Shown: positions 1-11,088 of the stretch, piece after piece
How positions within the stretch are numbered: position 1 is the first letter of the stretch
How the letters are laid out: each line of letters begins with the position of its first letter
Source: Lepidodermella squamata
Taxonomy: Eukaryota; Animalia; Gastrotricha
Length of the DNA stretch: 64,000 nt
NCBI GenBank assembly: GCA_047495785.1
Contig: JBLDXI010000054.1
Span: 3,162,001-3,226,000 of the forward strand
Direction: 5' to 3'
Notes under the pieces: generated by a model
What the model was told of the DNA's origin: nothing
Database searches by the model: none
The model's input: only the letters and a program-made list of their open reading frames with translations
Position numbers and translations under genes: made by a program

Positions 1-492
1 GTCGCAGCTGTGATTTGCGTATTTGTCGCCGTTTGGAGCTTCGAAGCTTATGTTTGCTGGTTCCTTTCTGTACTATTTCTAGCAATAGTTTCGAACATAT
101 TTTGGCTAATCGTTTTCGTGATACACCACCTTAACGCTGAGGACCGCCTTATTGTCTGGCGATGGAACATCGGCGTATGTTTGAGTTGAACTTTAGGTCA
201 TTCTAATCATGTTTTTTGCTAGTTCTTCCTGTGGAATATATTCATTGTCCTGCTGTTTCTCAGCTGCGTCATAGTCGTTTTCGCGCTGGGAAACTGGCAC
301 AATCTACTCATTGTGGCTGCCGTAAGTCGATCATTAAGAGTGAGCTCCTTGCATTTGTTGTTTTTCTAGGCCTTCGCCTGCTTTCTGAGTCTGTTGTACA
401 GCATCTCAGCAATCCTAACCGTTCGCGAGGCATGCGATGAATGGTATACAGTTGAAAAGGCCATCTACCTATGCTGCCGGTGCTGTGCTTAG
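1..492 (+). CDS. MARVEL-domain-like (plasmolipin/CMTM-like) multi-pass membrane protein, 5' partial
   Basis: Frame 1 reads VAAVICVFVAVWSFEAYVCWFLSVLFLAIVSNIFWLIVFVIHHLNAEDRLIVWRWNIG. Phase-0 GT-AG introns at ~175-222 and ~322-369 then give FFLWNIFIVLLFLSCVIVVFALGNWHNLLIVAA and AFACFLSLLYSISAILTVREACDEWYTVEKAIYLCCRCCA*. Hydrophobic helix spacing resembles MARVEL proteins. Not in the ORF track. Confidence 0.6.
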
Positions 493-700
493 CGTTGAGA
501 AAGAATGAGAGCCGCGTATCAAACCCGTGAAAAAACGATAAAGATGAAAGTTGAAACTATCTACCTCTAGAACTCTAGATTTCAAGTCATTATAAACATC
601 ACTCAACAACACTTCAGCACACATTGATGCATAATTTACTATGAAAGAATAAAAAAAGCCGCAAGTTTCCGATGAGGCATTTCAACAATAGAGATGAATA

Positions 701-1504
701 TCACCTCGGACTTTCTTTTCTTTACGCTTGCACACAACAACTATTGCCGCAATGTTGATGCCCAGTAATGCCACTGATGTCGCCTGTTAATACTACAAAT
801 AGCAACTTTTTTGTAAATTGCAGTCAGATCTTACCACGGTAGCTGTGACAAATATCAATGCAAGTAAAGACGTGCATTGATTTGAGAGCGTATAATAAAG
901 CACTGCCCCTCCGCAGCCAGAGAAATAGAGAGCGTTAAAGATGAATTCCTTAAATAAAAATTGGCCCTTCATTTGGGACATAAACTAGACCCTGAAATCG
1001 ACTTACCACATAAACGCAACGGCTAAACCGCATCTTACATGAGAGATGCACGAAGGTTATTAACGCAATGATTGCATGCAGTGGAAGGCAGAGACAAAGG
1101 ATTAGACTGTTAAGGCAGCGGCTCGATAGGATAGGTGTTGACAGTAGTGAGACCAGTATCATCTGAACAGCAACTAGAATCTGATGATAGGAAGTCGTTG
1201 ATGATTAGCACTTCATGGAACTAAATCAAATACAAACCAGTTGACTGAATCTAAGGCGACCCAATTTTGTCTTCAGCCGCCTTTGAAATCTTCCTAGAAG
1301 ATTCTCGGCAGAGAGTGCAGCAATCACATCGGCGTCGATGGTGGTACTCGAAGACTCACTGGTACTTCGGCTGTTCGACTGAGTTCGGCTTCTATTGGAG
1401 CCATGTGCGTTTATAGGCGCTGGCTTTAAATATCGGCTGACGTAGTGCTGGGCTGGGAAGAGAGGGCGCTTTTCCTCTGACAATTCGCTGCTAGAAAAGG
1501 ACAT
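701..1504 (-). CDS. MARVEL-domain-like 4-TM protein (4 exons)
   Basis: Spliced product: Ser-rich N-terminus ...LGRLRFSQL/ILVAVQMILVSLL...CVYV/EFIFNALYFSGCGGAVLYY...ATV/ATSVALLGINIAAIVVVCKRKKKSPR*. Three short phase-0 GT-AG introns and four hydrophobic segments. Confidence 0.55.
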
Positions 1505-1727
1505 GACGAAGGTATACTACAGATCGTGAACAACACGTTTTTTATATATAGCGGCCACGTGCGCGGAGGACGGAGGTGTCCAGTAAAGATAAGAAGATGC
1601 ACTATGAAGTGCAAAAAAACTGGCGACACGTCAAATCGGGGTTGTAAAACAGACAAGGCGGGTAATATCCGTGTTTTTTTATTCACGTTCAAAGTTCAGA
1701 TGCACGCATGATTATTTTGGTTTCTTA

Positions 1728-3128
1728 TTATTCATCATCGAGATCAAGCTCAAGGCTGCTAGGCCTTTGCGGTTTGAGAAGTGATGAAATTGGACGAGGA
1801 ACGGAAGCTTTCGCTGTTGAAGTTGACTCGGAAATATCAGCAGATTTTCTGCGACCGGAATTAGCCTGCTTGGCGTCAGTGCGCAGGGAAATATCAACAC
1901 AGGGATTAGGTATTCTGAGTCTTTCACAGAGCTGCTGAGTTTGAGGATTCAAGTAATACCACAGCGGGTTTTCGAAATCAGCAGCGTCTCTGGCGCGTTT
2001 GTCTTGGAAAGGAGGCGCTGTCTGGAAAAAATTGTCGGGGACGGAGAATTCTCCCTGGAAATCTTCACAGATCTCGCGAACTTGGTCGATAGTTGGGCGA
2101 AAATGCTGAATGGCTCTAGGATGAGTAGGCAACTTTGTTCTACCGAACTTCGAAGAACTCCAAAGTGATGATGTCTGCTTCAAGATGCATAGCCACTCAG
2201 GATCCAGCTGCAATTTCAATTCTGTCGCGCTGTTGTATTTTGCTGGGTCAGGAATATCAATCACCTCCAGATACCGTCGGCCAGGCAGAGTTTTGTCAAG
2301 AGCCAAGAACTTTGTCGTACGTTCATTTCCCAAAAACTCATCTGGCGATGCGGGCCCATGACGAACCTCAGCGGTAAATCTGCAATGCATGTGACCAGCA
2401 AAGTAGTAGCGAGGTCTTAAGAAGTGTAAAAGCTCTTCGCCAGGTGCGGAACCAAGACTTCCGTTACTGATGTCAGGCTGAAAATGAGGCTTCCGCTTCA
2501 ACAGATTGTCAACATCCCCATGCCTCCAGATACCTCGCGGCCAGTCGTGGCTCATGAAAATATCAATTGGTTCGCTGCAGGAATCTAGAAGCTTTAGTCG
2601 GAAAACTTCTACATTTCTTAAATGGTAAATGCTCCGCTTCTCATTGCCATTAAATGGCATGGTCTCGTGGTATCCTTTGCCGTAATCAGAGGCATCGTAA
2701 ATTCCAGAGTACCCAGCTATTCTCAAAAAGCCGTATCTTATTACCCCAGCGTAGCCGAGGAAGTAGATATTCGGGGCGACCCAACCTCCGAAAGGTAGCT
2801 CTTGCAGATAACCGGAAGCCTCGTGATTTCCTCCAACAAAAATTGTCATCACTGGCGCCAATTTTTCACCGGAATAGTATCTTAAACATGTAAATAAATT
2901 TTAGAGTTCGATCTTAAATGAGGTAACTTACTTATAGAAATCGCCTCGCTTTCTGTATTTCAGCGGCACGCTCATGCCGTCCAAATCTTGATTATTTCTG
3001 ACACTCTGGAAATCGCCGCATATGAGAAGTAAATTGATCTCATAACCTTGGCGAGCCTCGATCGCCGCTATGTCGTCATAAATTTGGTCTAAATGGCCGT
3101 GACAACAGCCAACAACCGCAATTTTCAT
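1728..3128 (-). CDS. DBR1: RNA lariat debranching enzyme
   Basis: MKIAVVGCCHGHL, LLICGDFQSVRN, GGNHEAS, GGWVAPNIYFLG, SHDWP, GHMH and TKFLALDK motifs; one ~50-nt intron near 2882-2931. Confidence 0.96.
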
Positions 3129-3652
3129 GTTTTCTTTTAGTAGTAAAATCGCCAGTAGCGCTTAATAATTTGAAATCTATTTAGTTATGAAAAGGCCTTA
3201 TAATATATATAGTGAATCATACGCATGAATAATCAGCTGATGAAATGTTGTTTTTGAAGAGTTGCCCCAGGAAAACCCTGGGCATCGTATAAATTTTGTA
3301 GCTGTAGTACATATGTTGACAGCGTATATCAAGCAGTTCGGCTCTCACTTATTCGATTGATCAGGTATGAAACCGCAAATGGCGGCGTTTCAGTGTTGCC
3401 GCAGTGAATGAGGAAATGATTAATAAAACTGTCAGTAATAACATCACATGTTGGGTTGTTCAATATTTTTTATTACTAAGTTACGAGAACATACAACATC
3501 GTGATGGCTATGCTAGGGTTGACTGCGAGCAAATCGATAATACGATAATATTGTTGAATACTATAGCCCCTGGCTTATTTATGCACAGCATTTTACTACC
3601 TAAGAAGTGAGAGGTTTCTAATTCTGACGGCAAAGTGATTGCTCTTTCGGAT

Positions 3653-6076
3653 TTATTCCGCTGACCTTGAAGTGTTTAGAGATGTCAAATGTTGGTTGAT
3701 AAGATAATCCAAAGTGAATCCAGGAACCATCAGAGGAACTACCACCATGAACCCCAGTGTATTCGCAAGATGAATTCCAGTGAACAAGTAGAACATAATA
3801 GTATCCATTGCCATATAGACGGCGACCCATTCTCTCGCGATGTACCGAGCTTGTAAAATGCGCTCAACTCCCGCTCGTATATCCTCAGCCGCTTTCTCCA
3901 CCTCTTTCCGAATTGCTTTGGTTTTCAATCCAGAGAGCAAGTCTTTGTCGTCAATTTTTTCCGCCTTATTCTCAAGGAGCTTGAGTTTAGGAGTTGACGG
4001 AAGCTGTTGAACAAGTGGCTCCTGAATTAACTGAATTTTTGACGCCTCGCATGACGGTTGCCAAATAACCTCTGTAGTGCTAGTGCGCGGTAGCTTCGGC
4101 TTGATAGGTGGCGTGCAGTCATATCCCTCGCCTACCGATCCAGTGAAACTCAGATGATTAGTTGAACTCCCTTTCCAGCTTCGCTTCGCGTATTTCGAAA
4201 GCCCTTTCTTATGCTCGCAATCGTTGAAAACAGATTCTTTGTGGGGAAATAGGTCCAAATCCATCATACTGACATTGTTGGAGTGGAAAATACTATCAGC
4301 TACATTCGGAGTAAGGCGGCAAAATGGGGAGTGCGTTTTGCCCAACAAGTTGAAGTCATCGCGAATCTGGAATTCAAAGACAGCTGGTTGTTTCCGGATG
4401 AACACGGCTTTTCTCAGGCGAGGAAGTCGCTCGCGATTGCAGCATGCCCGGATCATCGCTTTTCTCCGTTTCCCTGGAGTAAATACGTCTGTGCTTTTAA
4501 TCAGCTCCAGTGGAATCAGTTTGAAAAATGCTAAGCTTTTCAGCAAGGCCTGAGGCGGACACTTTCCTGTCACACGACCGGACTCCTAAAACACGAAATA
4601 AAATTATCCATGCAGTTTTAAAAAATGTCTAACATCACCTTGACTGACACTACCATGATGGAAGAAAAGACAGTTAAAGATGTCGTAAGTATAACGACAG
4701 TGAAGTAGATGCTAATGTAGGCGAGAAATTCTGAGGTTTTAGGCATAGATTCGGCCGTAGTTAGCTGGAAAACGGTGTAAGCGAGTAACACCGTTAGGCC
4801 CAATGTCACTTTTTCACTGCATTCGGTAGGCAAACAAAATGTGAACATGGCCACCGATGACATGATGATGCAAGGGGCTAAAACAGAGAATACTACAACA
4901 AAACTGATTATAATGTTCTCTTAATCAGAATGGTAAACTTGCCATAGTAGAGAAGTCGACGGCGAAAGTGGAAGTAGAAAAATATCTCTGGGAATGGTTC
5001 AGGGCAGCAAGGATAAAATTTGATGTTTTTTACCGCTCGAGTTCCGATCAACTCCCATTCCCCATTTCCCATATGGTTGCTGATATCGATACCTTCCCCT
5101 CGAATGTCGATGTCCAGAACATCTCCCGTGTGTGCCCACGAACCCAGCTTCAACCAGCAAAACTGATAGTCGAATGGGAAGAATGTAATGTCAAGTCTAA
5201 GCAACATAAATTAGCAGGGTTTAAAAAGTTCTTCTGCATGTCACGAATACCTGCAAAAGCTATGATAAAGAACCACTGGTGCCAAAAATACCGTGCCATC
5301 AGCGCTAATTCTGGCCATATTTTCGATCGGTGTCTCTTTTTCTTGCTCTTGACCGACACTAAAAATGGAATGGACTGGGTATTCAACATTCGATAGAAAA
5401 TATAATGTTTTAAACCTGTTGTACAAAACTATGTCTGGCACCCAAACTTTGTGATATGGGACGTGTAGTCGCTCCAAACCGTAAAAGGCATCTAAAAACA
5501 GACATATACACAAATTACTCGCCTTGAACTGTGCTAACAACTTGCAATACCTGGTTGCCAGCTTAATCTGTGGTCGACCCATTCCTTCGAAAAACAGAAT
5601 TTAGCAGATGGATATCAGTGACATGATGGAAAATTGACCTGATCACACCAGAACATCGCAACCATTTTTTGATGCCTCATATCTATATCCGATATCTGGG
5701 CCAGCGTCATTCCTACGCTAACCGTAACTATGGAACCGAAGTCGCCAACAGGTCGAACGGCTTTATTGTAGCGTCGAAATAGATGGTGAAATAATATTTG
5801 TTCTTGAGTCATCTCCGATCTCAAACTCTCGAACGCCTGCGATTGAAAAGGAAATCGAAAAGCGCTCAACGGCATATTGGCCTGATCTGCGCCGGGAAAC
5901 GACATTGAGGGGTGAGGTTGGGTAGCATTTTCTCCTCCAGATTCCCACAACATCCAAAGCAACTGTTGGAGAGCTCCTCGTCCTCGGTCAACGCTCGGCT
6001 GACTTGCGCCACTGCTGCCATCGAAACAGCTTAACAGAACCAAAAATCGCAAAACGCTGAAAACGTTTTTAGTCAT
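3653..6076 (-). CDS. Nicotinic acetylcholine receptor alpha subunit (alpha9/10-like M2), multi-exon
   Basis: Signal peptide MTKNVFSVLRFLVLLSC; YNKAVRPV; WVPDIVLYN; Cys-loop CRLDITFFPFDYQFC; GSW; vicinal-Cys loop C YPCCPEPF; M2 EKVTLGLTVLLAYTVFQL; M4 after AREWVAV. An alternative upstream ATG lies at 6139. Confidence 0.93.
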
Positions 6077-7138
6077 GGCTATAGGCTTACTCAAACAGAA
6101 TATATTACGAGAGAGTAAAGAATTGAGCGACCGACTCATCGCTTCTTGAGAATGCGAAAACCGGAAATGTCTTGGCGTAACTAGATTTGCATGCCGGTCA
6201 GAACTCAGGATTGAAGCCTAATTTAATTGGAGATGATGGATGGTATAAGACTGATACACCGACTCTATCACTCAACTATTATCGTCAGGCTAATGACTAA
6301 TGATTATTTTCAACCGATGAAATCAATATGGAGGTAAAACTGGTCGCGAACCGGATGCCCATCAAGTTCAAAAAAAGATCACAAAAAAAGTGCTCATCTC
6401 TAGTAATTCAATGCTACATCCTTTATTTGTAATTAATTAACAAACTATCAATTTTAACATTTCAAACAACAATATTACTAAGAATCATTCTGTTTTATAT
6501 GACCTTGAAGTTGAGTTTGCCGGGAATTTTTTCCAAAAAGCTGATCCAAGTCGTTTTGTTTTTCTGCGGCGCGTATTTTCGGTGCATCCATGTTAAGTTG
6601 TTTTTTTCTGTTTAGCTAGTTTCTATGTTGTTGAACGTTGTATCTTATCCTCTTCTCACTCTATAGGCGAATTGCCCTGTTTTGTTGAGATGCATGATTT
6701 GTCTATTAGCTCATCTTCCCTTATCTTTAGGTTGCGAAACTTGAACAACTTGAAGTATCCTCAAGAAAAGCATCAACGGCAAATTATCGCATTAAATAGT
6801 TAACTAGGGCTAAATGTACTTGAGCATGACCTCTGAAGAACCTGCCCTGCTCTTAACTCTTTCCGCTTACTTAACGATTCCGCCAAAAGAAAAATGGCTC
6901 GAGTTGAGATAGACTGATCCATTGTAAGAAACGACAGGAAGTACTCCCATCCTCTGCCGGTTTTTTCAGCCAATGGCTAATTCTTAAATTTGAGTGATAT
7001 ATTTTTAAATACTGACCAGTTAATAACCAGCTTTACCCGAATAAGTACTTGTTTTATAAATGCTCTGTGATATTTCTTCATAATTTATATTACTTCATTG
7101 TGTGATATAGCGGATGTTATTTAGTCAGATGCTCCGAA

Positions 7139-9007
7139 ATGAAGAATGAGGACTCGGACTTCTGCTACAACTTATTCGACTTGAAATGGGATTCACCAGC
7201 AGCCGAACAGGATGGTGAATCTACGGATGGAGGATCTTTTCGCATTACATTAATGTGCAAGGCCTCATCGAGAAACCACGATGGCAACTTCACACCGAAG
7301 TTGCGCACTGTTTTTTATGAATACCCTGCTTCAACTTCTCCATTTCAAACTGGCATTCATTCCCCTGTAATTGAGTCTCCCGGTGAATTAGATGACGTAT
7401 ATGGTAGGTAGTAATGTGAATAGCTTTTCGTTGATCTCATTGTTTGCCGATTTTCGCAGAGTATGATCGGTACCGGTTTCACTCGAATAGCTCAACAAGG
7501 CCATTTATTGCGGAGGCTCGCTTCGAGTGCGATATGATCGCTTCTTCTATATACATTGAAGGCAACTCCAAGGGCGTTCAGTTGCTTGCTTTAAGTGCCG
7601 GAGACTATGCATGCATGATCACTAACATCGACCCAGATCCTAATTTCTTTGTTGAAACTTGGTCGCTCATGATCGACTCCAACTCACTTCGATCTTTCGA
7701 TCAACTGCCCACAGTTCCATTCCGGTGCTTACAGTTCAAATGCTACGCAATGAGTTATGCCGATCCTGTCTTTACGCTGATCGAGTTGCGAAATGAACAC
7801 TCGAAGGCAGAAAAGCAAGTGGATGAAACCATTCCATCTAATAATGCATCAACACTGGCTAGACTGGATTCGCTCCCTGTGGAAATTCTCATTCAAATTT
7901 TTTACTATATTGAAAATAATCTTCGAATTAAGGTAGTTTTAAACATAATTTGTATAGCTGAGGTGGATGAATCTGTTTATTACAGTCTTTGTTGGCGCTG
8001 TCGGGAACCTGTCACTATTTGCGAGCATGTTTGCGTGATCCTATATTTTACCTAACGGTAGACCTGCGCCCATTTGCTGCTCGACCGTTCAGCGATACTG
8101 TTATTCAATTTTTGTGCGCGCGAATGTTCGATACTCGCCAGCTGAGAATGTCACGCCTACCGAACAACGACGACTTGCACCGTGAAATTCTTTCAAATAT
8201 GCTAGCTGCGCCTCGATTGACCAGCTTTGTTGCAGCCGGGTGTCGTATTGTTGACGACGGGCTACTATCGATTCTTGTTTCAAGTCAGCGCTCAACTCTT
8301 CAAGACTTGGATATTTCATCTTGTCAGGTAATATTGTGAGTAAATATTCAAGATTTCACCCTAAAGTTTATTCTTATTCATAGGCCGTGACAAGACGAGG
8401 GTTCGCATGTATCGCATCGTTGAGTAACTTACGGCGAATTTCGCTGGCTTTTACGAATGTCGAAGAGCCCGAGCTGCAGCAAATCGTAAGCTCGTGTAAG
8501 CAGCTAGAGTGTGTCAACTTATTGTCAGTTCGAGTAAACTCGAAAATCTGCGAGAAGCTGTGTGCTCTGGGCCACCAGATCAAAGCGATTCGAATGCGGT
8601 CTCGGTGGGTTTCCGGTGTCGTGTTAATGCGAGCTCTCGTTCAACCCGGATCTTCGTTCCCCGAGTTGGAGGAACTACACGTCCCAACGACCAGTTCTTG
8701 TGGAGTTGGAAATCAGCCGTTGGATGAACCATTTTTCCGTGATTTAGCACGAGGTGCGCCCAAACTGCGATCGTTAGTTGTTGGTGGCATCTCAAAAGCA
8801 GATGCTGAAACATTTTCGGTGTATTTACCCGCCTTGGAGCTTCTGGCGATATCTTTCTCGCCATCTCTTGACATTGCAACTGTTCGCCGTTTATTAGCCC
8901 AGTGTAAGCAGCTGAAGTACATCGGTCTTTCTGGAGCTGCTGTTATAAATCGGAACGATCTGAACCAACTACGATATGATTTTCCAAATTGCCGAATTGA
9001 GACCTAA
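7139..9007 (+). CDS. F-box/leucine-rich-repeat protein (4 exons; start uncertain)
   Basis: F-box LDSLPVEILIQIFYYI...K/SLLALSGTC spans an intron, followed by cysteine-containing LRRs (LQDLDISSCQ, LEELHV, LKYIGLSG). Confidence 0.8.
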
Positions 9008-9306
9008 TTCTCGAGCTGTTAGGCTTGAAAAGCATAAATAACATTTGTATAATATTTTTCCTTTGTTTCGTTTTATGTGGATTAATAGCTGTTGTAATCG
9101 TCGACATTTTCGAGCAGTATAATTTTAAGGTGCTATAATTGCCTTTTAGGGACATGTATTTTTTTTGAAAAATTGTCCTGTTTGAAACTTTTTCTTCCAA
9201 AAATTGACGCGCGATAAAGAGATTGGTTATCAATTTTATACATTTTTAGAGTTTTTATTTTTGTTTGGGTTTGTAATGATATTTGCTGGCGGCGCAATTG
9301 AGCACC

Positions 9307-11088
9307 ATGGTTGAATCTGACTCAGGAAGTATAGTTCGTCTTCGGTTGCTACTCAAGCAAAAAACGTCATGGCTATCTTCTTCCCTTGTTGCGTCTCTGA
9401 TGGTCGAGTGCCGAGTTCCATCGGACTATCATACAGTACCTTTTGTAAAAACAACAATTGTTGATGTTTACGAGCCGCCAACTCAACCGTGTGATGAATT
9501 CATATCGGATACGAGTAAAAAGTCTGTCGAACATCTGAAATCTGCAAATTGTTTGGCTTTTGTTTTCCTGGAACCGCCTGTTTCTTTTGTTGGAGTTGAA
9601 ATCGAAGCTGCCCGGCCTGATCAAGTTCGCTGTATACAACTCGGCCGTTCGCGTTCTTTCGGCGATATCGGTTTCGAATACTGCGGCCGTGATCGAAAAT
9701 GGAAAACTTTCTCGTCTACTGTTATCAACTCGCCAAGGCAAAATGTCGACTTGGACTCAATCGAGCGAAATACTTGCAACGTGCTACAACTTGGCCTCCG
9801 AATTTTCGCCCCGACTCAGAACATGTTTTTTGTCGAAAAGTTGAAACAACTGAGCCCGTTTATTGACCACATTAAACCGGTTTTTGTCGAGCAGAACCAC
9901 GGCTTGGATCAACTTTCACCTGAAAGTGAGTTGGCGTTTTTTGTAATTTTAAGGTGGACCTTTGATTTATTTTCCTCTAGTTTTATGCCACGTCATCAAG
10001 CACATTCCGAGCGAATTTAAGCTTAAATCGCTGTTAGCCCTGTCTGGAACATGCCGAAGGTTGCGATCTGTGTTATCGCATCAATTTTTCTATCGAAGTC
10101 TCGACCTTCACCTTCTGGATCTGAATTTTGAGCAGCGTTCGTTTCTGACGGACAGAAGCAGTCAGTTGGCGAAGTTGCGATTATCTCACTGCTCATCGCT
10201 TGATGCGCAACATTTTTTGCTGTCAAATCTAAGTCGCTGCACTTGGTCTAGCCTAACTACGCTGTTTGTTAGCGGTTGCAAATTTTTTGACGACAAATTT
10301 CTGGAAGTTTTGGTTAATAATTGTGCGGACTCTTTGACCAGTTTGGATGTCTCTTACTGCCAGTCGATTTCACAACACGGCTTTTGGCACCTGCTACGGC
10401 TGCGAGATTTGACGTCGCTGAGAATAGGAGCTACTCGAATTGACCGCGATACCCTTGTTACAGTGTTGAAGCAAAATAGCTCTACTCTGGAAACGCTGAG
10501 TGCATTTTCTCTTAGCACCTTGTCGCAACTTAGCGATGGCATTGACCAAATCTGCGTTGAACTTGGACCAAAAGTTCGATATCTCGATCTGAGCTGTTCT
10601 GATCGGTTAACCCTTGACGGTGTTCGTGCTATTGCCAGCCGATGCCCCGAGCTTGAGTACATAAATTTGAGGCGTTGCGGTAATCGAAATATCTTTCTAT
10701 CGTGCGATTTGGCGTCTAGCGGTCAGATTCTGTCTAGCTGCTGTCAGAAGCTGAAAATTCTCGGACTGCCGATTTTCGTTTCCGTTCAAGATATTCGTGC
10801 CCTGGCTCAAATCGGAGAGTCTTTACGCGAAGTTTACATTCACGAGGTTGCTGATGCCTCAAGTTACGAAGTGGTTAGTTTTAGTTTTCATTGTTTGAGT
10901 ATTTTTGTAAGACGTTTGCTATTTTATTTGTACAGCGCGATGCGTTGTGGCATTTGGTCAAAGCTGCGCCGAAATTGAACCTCATTACGATTCGGCGACA
11001 TTCGGCAGTCGACGACGCCATCGACGAGGAGTTCTGTGCCCGGCTATCTCATCAATCCTCAGTAACAGTGACACCTTTGCAATGGTGA
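9307..11088 (+). CDS. F-box/leucine-rich-repeat protein, tandem paralog (3 exons)
   Basis: F-box LDQLSPE/ILCHVIKHI...KSLLALSGTCRRLR; LRRs LTSLDVSYCQ, VRYLDLSCSDRLT, LEYINLRRC; introns near 9926-9980 and 10874-10935. Confidence 0.85.
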
